From: a virus
Lineage: Duplodnaviria > Caudoviricetes
Length of the DNA: 50,888 bases
Direction: 5' to 3' (one strand)
IMG/VR virus record: IMGVR_UViG_3300049828_000581
Coordinates: 1-50,888 of that record
Notes under the pieces: model-generated
What the model saw: the letters and a program-made list of their open reading frames with translations, nothing else
The model's database searches: none
Told to the model about the DNA's origin: nothing
Translations under genes and position numbers: made by a program
Part shown: positions 10,227 to 20,384 of the stretch, in pieces
Layout of the letters: each line of letters starts with the position of its first letter
Position numbering within the stretch: the stretch's first letter is position 1

Positions 10227-13200
10227 TGGACCAAGCAACATTCAGAAAGATGAAATTCCTATTCGAGCCGGTCGATAGTATTGAGCGACTTGATGAGTGG
10301 TGCCAATATTTCTTGGATGTGTCATTCCCTTGGGATACGGTTGATCCTGATAGCACCAGCAGTCCGCTAAAAGCGATGTGGGATGTTTATCAGTTTATGC
10401 TTACCGGAAAAGGTCAATCAACTCACATAGTTGCCGCATGTCGTAACGGTTTTAAAACCCTGATTTCCTCTGGGATTCATTGTTACAGTATGCTGCAATT
10501 CAGAAGAGACGATGCGCATACTGCTGCTACTCTTAACCAGTCGTCAGCAGCTACTAGGTATCTTAACCAGTTTTACGGAAAAATCGGCCAAAAGGTTGAT
10601 ATGACTCCGTATATTACAGTTAGTAACTTCAGAACGTTGGAGCTTCATAACCTGCCAGCTACTGACTTTGCCACCAAATCAACCGCCAGATCCAAAATCG
10701 TCACCGCAACCCTGAAAGGGGCTAATTCGGACCGCGCTAGTTGTTTTGCTGGTAAAACCAAGATACCTATGTGGCCCAGCGATCAAGAGTGGGCGTCTGC
10801 AAAAGGTAGCTACAGTGCAGGGACCGGTCGCATAAATTATATTACAATGGATGGGCTGTGGCAACGAATGCAGCGAGGAGAAGAGATTTACACAATGGCA
10901 GTCAATCCTAAGACGACTGTCATCGAAAGAAAGAAAATCCTTGCTATACAAAGAAGTCTAGAGCCGGAAAGGCTTGTGATCGAGACCGTGTCTGGAAAAG
11001 TAGTTGAAACAACAGCATCCCACCCATTTGCCACAGAATGGGATGGAAAGAAATTTGTGTTTACAAACGCCTCTAATCTGCAGATTGGCGGAGAAGTCAT
11101 ACTTAATAAATCAAGCATTCTTGGTCGCATTGATATCCAGGATCACATACACAATCCATATCCAGAGCCTAATGTTGATTTTATTGATAATTTTTCATTA
11201 TCAGAGATGCTAGATGGCTCTTTGCTTGGCGACGGCTGCTTAGTGAAAAAGAAGAAAAGACACCCAGGACAGCCAGGCAAAACAAACGCGTCGTTCGTGA
11301 TGACTAAAACACCAATGGTGCGCGAATACTCTATATGGCTGTCTCAAAAATTAAACTCAGAATTAGGATTTTGCGCTTTCTCCGGCGATCAGGGTATTAG
11401 CGGGTATACCGGGAAGCCACTAGATAAAATAAGAACTAGAAACAGTGAAGTACTGACGCACTATTACAACAGGTGGTATTACAACGGGAAAAAAACTGTG
11501 CCGCGTGATATAAAACTCACAATGCCTATGCTTGCTGTGTGGTTTATGGACGATGGTTCTGCCACAAACTTAATTGCAACATACTCGTTTTCGAAAGATG
11601 ATTGTTTATTTTTGTGTAATGAAATTAATAAGTTAATGGGATTTGATTGCGCATGGTGCGCAGATATTGTTCGCGCATCGGGCGGCGAAACGCGTACGTA
11701 TCATGAGATACGGTTAAATTTTCCGTTTAAACACAAGCAAAAATACTTTGAGTTAGCTAGTTATATTCATCCTGCCTATCGATACAAAATAAAAATCAAC
11801 ACAAAAGAATGCTTGGTTTGCAAGAAAAGATTTGTTTTTGAGGGAGTGCGTAATGTTTGCAACAATAGCATGTGTGTATTTAAAACTAAGCAAAAGAATA
11901 TAACAACAGACATTATCAAAAGTATTACACCGAAAACAGCGTCCTCTACCAAAAGAGAGAGGTGGGTGTATGATATTCAGGTTGAGGATTATCACAATTT
12001 TTTTGCTAATGGTTTTTTGGTTCATAATTGCCTTATTTTCGACGAATTGGACTTAACCCCGCAGTCAATTGTTGATGAAGCGGTGTGGGTTGCAGACCCC
12101 AGTATCCCGAGAAACGATGGTTTTCAGATCCCTGCGGCCTTTATTTATTTATCATCACGAAAAAGTAACTCCGGTCCGGTACAAAGAATTATGGACAGGG
12201 CACTAAAAAGCCCTCAGGACGATAAGCTTCATAAGTGGTCAACTTCAGATATGATGAGAAGCTGTCCGCCCGAAGTCCATAAGCCAGAACAACCAAGGAT
12301 AATGGCTTACGTCAACACCACCAACCTTGAGACCATTTGGGGAGATGAGACTTTTCTAAAATCCGTCCCCGAGGTGTCAAGGACTGAGTGGAAGCAAATA
12401 CACGCCTATGAAGGATGTAAAACCTGCCCTGTTTGGATCCCTTGTTTATCCAACTCAGTTGTCCAAAAAGATGCCGAAAACCCTCTGTTAAGAACCCGCG
12501 AATTTATACACGGTACCCACAGAAACGTTTCAGATTCTAGTTATATAATAGGTCAATCACTTAATTGGAAACCAGAATCCAAAGGCTTGGTGTTTCAGCA
12601 GTTTTCTCAAATGCATCACGTCAAGCCAGCTCTATCTTTTTATGAATGGGCGGTGAAAAAACCATACCTCCCTTTCGGGGTAAGTCAGGAAGAGTATGAC
12701 ACCCTGGTAGAAAGCGCCGAAAGTATAACAGCTTTAAACATGTTGATGCCAAGCAAAGAGATCTGCTTTAGGGCCATGGTGGATGCCGGATGGATATTTA
12801 ACATAGGCGTTGACTGGGGGTCATCTGATCCTGCGGCCGCTCATATCGTTGGGTATCACTCAAGATGGAAGATGGCGTGTACGCTGCATTATGAGCAAAC
12901 TCCGATGGCTAACCATTTGTGGGCACAATATATCGAAAACAACATCACAACGGTTTTCCCTCCTAACCTCATCTGCCCAGACGGCGCTGACGCCAGTTCC
13001 GCCTCTTACTTTAAAAAACACAGTTGCTTTACTGAAAAATTCCACATAGAGCCCGGCGTCTCATTTATTCGCGGTTTGCTATGGAACCCAATCAAGGGAA
13101 CCCGTGATTACGCTATCTATGACGACAGCACCACAAACGGCGAGAACAATAATATGCATGTTGTTCACTCCATGGAGCACTGGAGTCACGTAAGGAAGCC

Positions 13201-13507
13201 GGACGGGACTATTGATATGTCTAGGTTTATGGATGATGACAACTGCCATGCCCTGGATTCAATGCGCTACGCTCTGGCGCCATTTATCAAGGATGTAAAA
13301 GTCACCTTCTCGACCAGTCAGGGTATTATACCGGACCTAACTGTTCGCCCCACCATGACAGAGGCGGAGATCCAGGCAGTCAGGGAAAAACAAAGACTCG
13401 AAAATCACCTCAGAGATCACATCCAGCAAATTGCTGGGGTAGACATGAAAGATACAAAAACTGAAGAGAAGACCAAAAAGCAAGGCCAGATCAAATTCAA
13501 GTTTTAA
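10226..13507 (+). CDS. terL: Terminase large subunit containing an intein
   Basis: Walker A-like ACRNGFKT; Walker B CLIFDE; nuclease motifs GVDWG.SD and DDNCHALDSMRYA. Confidence 0.9.
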   Translation: MDQATFRKMKFLFEPVDSIERLDEWCQYFLDVSFPWDTVDPDSTSSPLKAMWDVYQFMLTGKGQSTHIVAACRNGFKTLISSGIHCYSMLQFRRDDAHTAATLNQSSAATRYLNQFYGKIGQKVDMTPYITVSNFRTLELHNLPATDFATKSTARSKIVTATLKGANSDRASCFAGKTKIPMWPSDQEWASAKGSYSAGTGRINYITMDGLWQRMQRGEEIYTMAVNPKTTVIERKKILAIQRSLEPERLVIETVSGKVVETTASHPFATEWDGKKFVFTNASNLQIGGEVILNKSSILGRIDIQDHIHNPYPEPNVDFIDNFSLSEMLDGSLLGDGCLVKKKKRHPGQPGKTNASFVMTKTPMVREYSIWLSQKLNSELGFCAFSGDQGISGYTGKPLDKIRTRNSEVLTHYYNRWYYNGKKTVPRDIKLTMPMLAVWFMDDGSATNLIATYSFSKDDCLFLCNEINKLMGFDCAWCADIVRASGGETRTYHEIRLNFPFKHKQKYFELASYIHPAYRYKIKINTKECLVCKKRFVFEGVRNVCNNSMCVFKTKQKNITTDIIKSITPKTASSTKRERWVYDIQVEDYHNFFANGFLVHNCLIFDELDLTPQSIVDEAVWVADPSIPRNDGFQIPAAFIYLSSRKSNSGPVQRIMDRALKSPQDDKLHKWSTSDMMRSCPPEVHKPEQPRIMAYVNTTNLETIWGDETFLKSVPEVSRTEWKQIHAYEGCKTCPVWIPCLSNSVVQKDAENPLLRTREFIHGTHRNVSDSSYIIGQSLNWKPESKGLVFQQFSQMHHVKPALSFYEWAVKKPYLPFGVSQEEYDTLVESAESITALNMLMPSKEICFRAMVDAGWIFNIGVDWGSSDPAAAHIVGYHSRWKMACTLHYEQTPMANHLWAQYIENNITTVFPPNLICPDGADASSASYFKKHSCFTEKFHIEPGVSFIRGLLWNPIKGTRDYAIYDDSTTNGENNNMHVVHSMEHWSHVRKPDGTIDMSRFMDDDNCHALDSMRYALAPFIKDVKVTFSTSQGIIPDLTVRPTMTEAEIQAVREKQRLENHLRDHIQQIAGVDMKDTKTEEKTKKQGQIKFKF
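10742..12028 (+). mobile_element. Intein with LAGLIDADG homing endonuclease (429 aa)
   Basis: Starts CFAGKTKI; block B TTASHPF; LAGLIDADG motifs GSLLGDG and VWFMDDG; ends VYDIQVEDYHNFFANGFLVHN followed by extein Cys. Confidence 0.95.
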
Positions 13508-13602
13508 AAGATAAATGATTTTAGCGTTTTATAACTCTGGACTTCTCTAATAAGTCAGGGTAAAATATTAATATCCCTTGAATTTAGGAGATGTAATACA
13601 TT

Positions 13603-14571
13603 ATGTCTTTTTTGAATATGAACTATCAACTAGTTATCTACGAGCAAGGCTCATCGCGCAACCCAAACGTAAGACAACCAGATATCTCTAAAGAAATCAA
13701 AGAGATACCAGTTAATTCGGAAAAAACCGAAAAACTTGTATTATATCCGGGGGATATAGTCACATTAGCGACAACCTCCAGAAGTATTAGCTGGGATGGA
13801 ACCACCGGATTGGATCTGGCCAGACCTCTAGCGACTAGTGATGCCATTAGGCTTTCATGGGATGGAACCGGAACCAACCCAGCCTTCAGGACCAAAAGAG
13901 CGATCGGCGGCGCCGCTGATACGCAGGTAACCATCACCGCTTTGAGTCCATACGTCAAGCGCATATCAGTAGTAGCCGGCACTTCCTGGAATACCACATC
14001 AGTAGTAGCCGGTGATTTGATTAAATTCGAAAAAACTACCGATTCGTTTACATCTCCTTTTTCTGAGACAAACCAAAGCCTTACGCTTCAAGTTCAAGCC
14101 AAAGGCGCGAATTATATTGACTTTATTGACAACGGTATCTCTAGTATTGAGGGGCCGATCACTCTTGGCGCAGATTTTGATTTTGCTCTAAGAGTATTCA
14201 CTCAAGGGCCGGTTAAGATTGGTGACACGTTATACATTTCCTCTTCTGCGGTCAACCCATCAAATCAAGGAAAGTTCGCCATCACTGATGTATCGCCAGA
14301 TTATCTAGAATTTGTTAATCCGTTTGCTGCCGATGAGTCTTTCCTAAAAGACGCTGGTATGGTAGTGTATAACTATCTGATCGGCTTTTTAATGGTGCGC
14401 GCATCTGATTCTCTTCAGATTCGTTTTGGTGGCCAGACTGAATGGGCCAATCTTCAGAAAATTGGTCTTGAAGCGTTGCTTATTGGCTCCGTCGGTACTC
14501 ACGAAATCGAAGCCAGAAACAATGGATCTCAAACCGTTGAAGTGACAGTTCAAACCGCACAAGTTGTATAA
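13603..14571 (+). CDS. Probable virion structural protein
   Basis: Beta-rich, G/T/S-rich; lies between terL and portal. Confidence 0.55.
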   Translation: MSFLNMNYQLVIYEQGSSRNPNVRQPDISKEIKEIPVNSEKTEKLVLYPGDIVTLATTSRSISWDGTTGLDLARPLATSDAIRLSWDGTGTNPAFRTKRAIGGAADTQVTITALSPYVKRISVVAGTSWNTTSVVAGDLIKFEKTTDSFTSPFSETNQSLTLQVQAKGANYIDFIDNGISSIEGPITLGADFDFALRVFTQGPVKIGDTLYISSSAVNPSNQGKFAITDVSPDYLEFVNPFAADESFLKDAGMVVYNYLIGFLMVRASDSLQIRFGGQTEWANLQKIGLEALLIGSVGTHEIEARNNGSQTVEVTVQTAQVV

Positions 14572-14581
14572 TAGGTGAGAT

Positions 14582-16612
14582 ATGTCTGAGCAAAAACCAA
14601 AAAAATCAAAAAAAACCGGTCTCAAATTTAAATTTGACTCCGATACTGGTAATACAGGTGCTGTTGGTCCTGATGATCTGACCAAGGCAATGCGTTCAGA
14701 CGGTGATCTAGCGAAATCTGTTGAGCCTCAACCTTATCAAAAAGACTTAGACCCAAAGGTTGATAGAAATAAGTTAGTTTTCTCCGCGTATCAGGCCGGG
14801 GCCGAAAATCTAGAATCAAAGGCATGGGGCAGAATGAGCGACGAGGAGCTCAAAAATATCGCCCGAGTAGATCCATATATATCCGCAATCATATCGAAGA
14901 GGGCTAGTCAGTGCGCGGTCATTGGTCGGCTATCGGATTCAAAATTCGATAAAGGGACCAGGATACAGGATATTAATCCCCCTCAAAAAGAGGATTTCGC
15001 TACTGAAGATGCTTACAATAAAGCAGTTGAGTCACGCAAGACAGAGATGAAAAAGATCCTGGATTGGGTCATGAGCTGCGGCTACAATGAAAAAAGCGTT
15101 CTTAATACAATTTTCACAAATGGCGATCAATTATACAAACACTGCACTTTCTCTGAATACGTTGTTGGTCAAGCCAGGAATCTTTTAACGTTTGGTCGTA
15201 TAGGTATGCACGTGATGAGGGACGAAAAGGGTCTCCCATCTTTGTTCAGGCCGACCCCAATTGAAACTATTTATACAGTCAAAGACAGATCCGTTAAAAC
15301 CCCGGTTCCTAATAATACCGAAACTCAACCTCAATCAACCGAAGACGCTAAAGACTGGAATGATATCGAACCGGAGTTACGCCCGACTGCTTATGTTCAG
15401 CGCGTCAACGGCATGGATACCAATTTCTTCACAGAAGATGATATGAAGCTAGCTTATTTTCAAAAGCAGGCTTATTTTGATCTTAACGGGTATCCATTAG
15501 CTCCAATAGAATTAGCTATTTACATGGTTTTTATCCACCAGCAAGCTTTGGGCTATCTTAAAAACCAGTTCATTAAAGGTATTACAACCAAGAGTATACT
15601 AGCTATTAAGTCTATAGATCCATCGGTAATGATAGCGGATGAAGACCTGGATCAGTTGCGCCGCGAGTTCCATAACTATGTATTACGAACTGATAATTCT
15701 GCGGTGACTCCGGTTATATCTGGCCCATTCGATGTTGAGGTTATACCTTTAACGCCTTCCACCAAAGACATGGAGTTCTTACAGCTAGAAGATCACATCA
15801 TCCGCGCTTTGTGTACTGCCATGCAGATTACCCCTCAAGAGATGGGTTACGGCTACCTCGGTGACGGAAACGGCGGACTAAGTAATAACAACAAACAAGA
15901 AGAGATTATCAGGGGAGAGGAAACTGGCCTCAGGATGCTCTTGGATACCATTTACGATCAAGTAAATGAAATATTATACGAGTCTTTTCAAGGATTTAAG
16001 GAAAATTACCGACTTGTTTATACCGGCGTAGGCGAGGACACCAGAGAGAACGTACTAGCTCGCTCCCAGCAAGAGCTCCAGACCACCGCTACAATGAACA
16101 GCTTACTTGCTGATTCAGAAAAAACCGAGGTCGCTCCTTATGGTGGCGATGTGCCCTTGGCCCCAGCGTTCCATCAAAATGTTGTGCGCTATATGAAGTA
16201 TGGCGATTTCATGGAGCACTACTTTAAGGTAGAGGGCGCATCCAAGATCCCAGAGTATGACTTTTTAATTGATCCAAACTTAAATCAAGCATATCAGCAA
16301 CTAAGAACAATGCCGATTGAAATGCAAAAAGAGCAGGCAAAACTTCAACTTGAGTCCCAGGAGCAGCAAATGCAGATGCAGTCGCAGCAAATGCAAATGG
16401 CTGAGCAACAAGCTCAGGCACAAGCTCAACAGGGTGCAGATCCAAATGCTCAACAGCAGCCTCCTCAAATGCCGGACCAAAAAGCTAGCTTAAAGGATAA
16501 GTACAAGGAAGTTTCAGGGTCGCCAGATTTAAGCGAGGACAACTTGAATAAATCCATGTCGTATTACTTTGAGTCATGGATTGAGGCGCATACATCCGAA
16601 AAGCTTGACTAA
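14582..16612 (+). CDS. Portal protein
   Basis: NGYPLAPIE, KDMEFLQL...I.RALC.AMQITPQEMG portal-type motifs; Gln-rich C-terminus; downstream of terL. Confidence 0.85.
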   Translation: MSEQKPKKSKKTGLKFKFDSDTGNTGAVGPDDLTKAMRSDGDLAKSVEPQPYQKDLDPKVDRNKLVFSAYQAGAENLESKAWGRMSDEELKNIARVDPYISAIISKRASQCAVIGRLSDSKFDKGTRIQDINPPQKEDFATEDAYNKAVESRKTEMKKILDWVMSCGYNEKSVLNTIFTNGDQLYKHCTFSEYVVGQARNLLTFGRIGMHVMRDEKGLPSLFRPTPIETIYTVKDRSVKTPVPNNTETQPQSTEDAKDWNDIEPELRPTAYVQRVNGMDTNFFTEDDMKLAYFQKQAYFDLNGYPLAPIELAIYMVFIHQQALGYLKNQFIKGITTKSILAIKSIDPSVMIADEDLDQLRREFHNYVLRTDNSAVTPVISGPFDVEVIPLTPSTKDMEFLQLEDHIIRALCTAMQITPQEMGYGYLGDGNGGLSNNNKQEEIIRGEETGLRMLLDTIYDQVNEILYESFQGFKENYRLVYTGVGEDTRENVLARSQQELQTTATMNSLLADSEKTEVAPYGGDVPLAPAFHQNVVRYMKYGDFMEHYFKVEGASKIPEYDFLIDPNLNQAYQQLRTMPIEMQKEQAKLQLESQEQQMQMQSQQMQMAEQQAQAQAQQGADPNAQQQPPQMPDQKASLKDKYKEVSGSPDLSEDNLNKSMSYYFESWIEAHTSEKLD

Positions 16613-16622
16613 TTTCCACTGA

Positions 16623-17156
16623 TTGTGCCATAATAAAAACATGAGCAATTTCGCTATTATACATTGGCACTATTATTGGGGACATCCCGTGACACACAAG
16701 CCGCTTACTCTGCAGCAGAAAAAAAAGCTCGCCGAATTGCGTAAAAAACATTTACCGGATATGGCCCTTCATAAGGCTGAGCACGGCGAGGACATAGACA
16801 AAATGTCCGATCATGATAAGCTACTTATTCTAATAATTTCAGATATTTCCACCTCAGTAAGCGCATGCGTTAATGAAATGTGCGATGATCTTTATGATCA
16901 AAAGATATTAAACCAACACGAGCTCGCTACTGTGATCTCTAGGGTATTACTCCAGACCGCGACTGATTTCATTGAGCGTGCCATAGAGTTAGAACCAGAG
17001 CGGGACATGGAACTCACCGAAGAGATCTTGTTTGCATTTAATGACCTTCGGCCAGATGTTCAGGCGATAGTGTTTGAGGAAGATGGCATACACGTATTTG
17101 ACAATAAAGTAAGAGACGAAAACGAAGATGAGGAGGACGACGAATATGAGCAATGA
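16623..17156 (+). CDS. Hypothetical acidic protein (start uncertain)
   Basis: ORF in the head operon. Confidence 0.6.
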   Translation: MCHNKNMSNFAIIHWHYYWGHPVTHKPLTLQQKKKLAELRKKHLPDMALHKAEHGEDIDKMSDHDKLLILIISDISTSVSACVNEMCDDLYDQKILNQHELATVISRVLLQTATDFIERAIELEPERDMELTEEILFAFNDLRPDVQAIVFEEDGIHVFDNKVRDENEDEEDDEYEQ

Positions 17157-17535
17157 CCAAAAATTAGACATGTCAGCTTTTGAGTATTCAACAGAGATGC
17201 ACGATGATATGGGTCAGCTACCTGACGGTGGCGACACCTATAGCCTACCAGAGCTACAAACCGCGATCGAAAATATCGTAAGCACTATGCAGCAGTTCGT
17301 TGCTGATGTAAATACTGTCATCAACCAAGCTGGTGCCAGGATCGAGGCTCTTGAGACTCAAAATCGTCATTTATTCCAATTAGTTCACATAGTTGCACAA
17401 CGAACTGATTGGATGATGGAAGATCGAAAAGATTTGCTAACAAAAGAAGTGGCATACTTAAAAGAATTAAAGGCGAAAGCAACCAAGGATGGTTTGAATG
17501 AAAAGCAAGAGCAGGTGCCAGGGATGCCCAGCTGA
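17128..17535 (+). CDS. Hypothetical coiled-coil protein
   Basis: Heptad-like helical composition. Confidence 0.6.
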   Translation: MRRTTNMSNDQKLDMSAFEYSTEMHDDMGQLPDGGDTYSLPELQTAIENIVSTMQQFVADVNTVINQAGARIEALETQNRHLFQLVHIVAQRTDWMMEDRKDLLTKEVAYLKELKAKATKDGLNEKQEQVPGMPS

Positions 17536-18136
17536 AAAAGGGCAGCCTTGCGGCAGAGCACAGGAAAGAATTAGAGCCACACAGATAGCAAACCTAAAAG
17601 GCGAGGATTCGAATAAAATCCACCAAGGCTGTCCGTGGTTTGTAAACTCTGCGGAGTATAATTACTGTTTTCATAATATGCTTCCGGATCTGGATGGGCT
17701 GCCGCTGAGCGATAAAGAAATATGTAAGCTTCTAATGATCACGCCGTCGGAATTAAAGGAAGCGTTTAATTCGGCGATTGTTAAACTCAAGGCTCCTGAG
17801 AATGCCGAGGCGCTACAAGAAATTTTTGATCTTGTGAGCGATCGGGAGCACGATCAGGATAACTCTTTATACATACCAATAGAGTTCAATGATAGTATAA
17901 AGGCTGGAGTGCACGGTGAGATCGCTACGGATGATGAAGAGTCTAATCAAGAAGGCAAGAAGGGTAAGCGCGGCCCGAAACCCAAAAAGAAGCCACCTTT
18001 ACACGGTATGGGACTCCCTTTGCACCACAGTGGAAACAAGATTGACATTCATTACGGATACTCACCTGCTCGAGCATCGGAAATACAGGAAAACAAAAAG
18101 AAAATAAGAAAAAAAGCAGATGAAACTAAAGAATGA
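17498..18136 (+). CDS. Cys-containing protein with sigma-region-4-like HTH
   Basis: LSDKEICKLLMITPSELKEAFNSAIVKLK resembles a sigma70 region 4 HTH; N-terminal Cys cluster. Confidence 0.5.
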   Translation: MKSKSRCQGCPAEKGQPCGRAQERIRATQIANLKGEDSNKIHQGCPWFVNSAEYNYCFHNMLPDLDGLPLSDKEICKLLMITPSELKEAFNSAIVKLKAPENAEALQEIFDLVSDREHDQDNSLYIPIEFNDSIKAGVHGEIATDDEESNQEGKKGKRGPKPKKKPPLHGMGLPLHHSGNKIDIHYGYSPARASEIQENKKKIRKKADETKE

Positions 18137-19187
18137 AATAGATCCATACAAAACCCCTCAGGCCAAGAATGTTAAATTCGTTCTTTGGCTCGAAAAGCAA
18201 AGCCTGAAAGCTTACAGGTTCACAAGCTCTATTATCATTGACGAGATTCTAAAGGTCCTCAAACAAGAAAAACTAGCCAAATCTGATGATTTACCTCGCG
18301 GTTGGACCGGAAAAGCTCCAAAGATTGAAATGGACGTGCTAAAAGAGATTGAGCCTGTTTTAGAGAAATATTTAAAGGTTTTCAAATGGTTGGCTCTTGG
18401 TAATTTTGGCGGAAAAGATGCTGCCGAAGTGGCTGAAGAGATAGGTTTAACAGAAGATTTTGTGCCCGGATCGGTCATAAGCTCTTACTTGTCAGCAATT
18501 GATGCTGAGAGAGGGTATGCCAAAGAGCTTACCGGCGAGATGCCTAAGGAATTACCCAAGAACCTTATGGAATCGACTATTAAAAATCTGGTCAAGGCTG
18601 CTGAGCCATCGGTTCAATACACTATTGATCAACTAAAGTATAACATTATGCAATCAGTGGTTGCTATTATCGATGATCACAACGCCGGTCAAATTAATAT
18701 TTTTATGGATGAGGCCGGTAATCTAGATGATAAATCTAGTAAAAATCTCAAAGAGTTAGCCGATAAGGCTGATAAATACATGGAAGAGACCGCGGCTAGA
18801 AGAGCTCTCAAAAAGACCGTGAAGCTACAGGAAAAGAATACCGTATTAGGCATCCAGGATCACATCGCTAAGGGCAGCTCAACCGGAGCTCAACAGGCGA
18901 TGTTTGAAATCCATGGCACATCAGATAGCGAACTAGACGTAGTGTGGATTACTATGGAAGATGAGAGAGTATGTAAGTACTGCAACGGAGTTTCAAAAGA
19001 TGCTTCCGGGAACTACATTCGATACAAGATGAGCGACTTTAAGCCATATGGGTATAACCGAGGCAAAAAACAAAAAGACTGGGTATTGACCGTCCCTAAG
19101 GCGCACCCACATTGCGCATGCTATCTAGCTTATATCCCCAAAGGCTTCTCGGTGGAAGCCAGCGGAGTCATCAAAAGAGGTCGTTAA
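18120..19187 (+). CDS. Head morphogenesis / minor capsid protein (SPP1 gp7 / Mu F-like)
   Basis: VVWIT.EDERVCKYC ... P.AHPHCAC C-terminal signature. Confidence 0.8.
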   Translation: MKLKNEIDPYKTPQAKNVKFVLWLEKQSLKAYRFTSSIIIDEILKVLKQEKLAKSDDLPRGWTGKAPKIEMDVLKEIEPVLEKYLKVFKWLALGNFGGKDAAEVAEEIGLTEDFVPGSVISSYLSAIDAERGYAKELTGEMPKELPKNLMESTIKNLVKAAEPSVQYTIDQLKYNIMQSVVAIIDDHNAGQINIFMDEAGNLDDKSSKNLKELADKADKYMEETAARRALKKTVKLQEKNTVLGIQDHIAKGSSTGAQQAMFEIHGTSDSELDVVWITMEDERVCKYCNGVSKDASGNYIRYKMSDFKPYGYNRGKKQKDWVLTVPKAHPHCACYLAYIPKGFSVEASGVIKRGR

Positions 19188-19399
19188 TGTTTTAGCCTGT
19201 AACTACGTATAACACCTTTGTTGCTTTTTTCGCGCTCTCTTTTAACTCGTTCTTGATTTTCTTTGTTTTTTCGTATTATCTCATCAAAACCCGCTTGTGT
19301 TTCTTGTTTTTCCGTCGCATCATCTTGTTTTTCTTGATTTTTTTTGAAATCTTTCAAAGAAACTATCTTTTCATCAGACGTTGTATAACTCCTTTCCAA
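19184..19399 (-). CDS. Small basic helical protein
   Basis: FDEIIRKNKENQERVKREREKSNKGVIRSYRLK. Confidence 0.6.
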   Translation of the reverse strand: MERSYTTSDEKIVSLKDFKKNQEKQDDATEKQETQAGFDEIIRKNKENQERVKREREKSNKGVIRSYRLKH

Positions 19400-19670
19400 T
19401 AACCAATCTCTTATCGTCAGGGAATGGAATCGGCTTTAATAATGTTTTCAATTAAAGCTTCTGGGTGGTTCTGTAGCTTTTCTTTACAAAAAGCATACAC
19501 GTCTTCCTTGCGTGCCGGCATAGTGTAAAACTGTACTCCAAGATTTTCTAGGTATGGTTTCATCAGTCTATCTATTTCCTTGGCTTGCTCCTCGGTTTGA
19601 AAACGACCTTTTGGGTTATACTGTTTAAACCTTTCAAGCCAAACGTTGTAATATATAATGCCGTTCTTGG

Positions 19671-20384
19671 GAGCCGTTGAAAAATACGGCCCGACATGAT
19701 TATCGTGCCTGTCCGTAGCTATGAAAGTAAGATTTGACAAAGTAAGAGTCCTTTAAAAAGGATATAAAATTTTTTGATTTGTTAAGATGGTTTGAAAATG
19801 AAATGAAGTGATTTCTTCCGATTCAACATATCCATCCAATCTTCGCGTTTGGCATTATCAAGAAAAAGGCATTGCTTAAAAGCTGCATAATCAGCTCCGG
19901 CGGAAAGTAGTGCATCGTTACTACCGCTTGAACAGCCTATTATTAATATTCCAATTCCTTTCGAACGAACAAATTTGATAAAATCAACTCCAGTAAGTTT
20001 ACCTTCCAATTTATCGTCACAGACGATGGCATCAAATGATTCTTTTTCAATCAAATCCAATGCAGCTTCAACGGACGTAGCTCCTGTATAAGAAATTACG
20101 TCACCGAGTGTGTACCGCAAGCCATTTTGATAATTGACATTATCTTCAATATGAAGAATTTTCATATCACCTCCTTATAAAAATCCTTATCGTAATATTA
20201 TGGATCAAACTTTAGGAAAATATAACATATTTACCATATAAATATACGATGAGAATCGTAAGCTAAAACAACAGATTGCGGTAGTCAATTCTTACCAATA
20301 GAGACAGAAAAATATTAAATTCTTACATTAAAATTGATACCTGAAGGCATTATTTCCTTACAGTCGCGTATTTTTCAACGGCTC
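19671..20384. mobile_element. Non-autonomous TIR element (714 bp) carrying a receiver-domain gene
   Basis: Perfect TIRs GAGCCGTTGAAAAATACG (19671-19688) and its reverse complement (20367-20384); flanks CTTGG / CTTAG; no transposase. Confidence 0.85.
19782..20165 (-). CDS. Single-domain response regulator (CheY-like receiver)
   Basis: KILHIEDN, DAIVCD (phosphoacceptor Asp), IIGCSS, GAD.AAFK; RBS AAGGAGG. Confidence 0.9.
   Translation of the reverse strand: MKILHIEDNVNYQNGLRYTLGDVISYTGATSVEAALDLIEKESFDAIVCDDKLEGKLTGVDFIKFVRSKGIGILIIGCSSGSNDALLSAGADYAAFKQCLFLDNAKREDWMDMLNRKKSLHFIFKPS

Noticed and set aside
19417-19740. Stand-alone 107-aa gene
   Set aside because: Its first residues derive from the inserted element; the rest is the C-terminal half of the split ATPase.
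19671-20384. Autonomous IS or self-splicing intron
   Set aside because: There is no transposase ORF, no group I or II intron motifs were recognised, and TIRs indicate DNA-level transposition.
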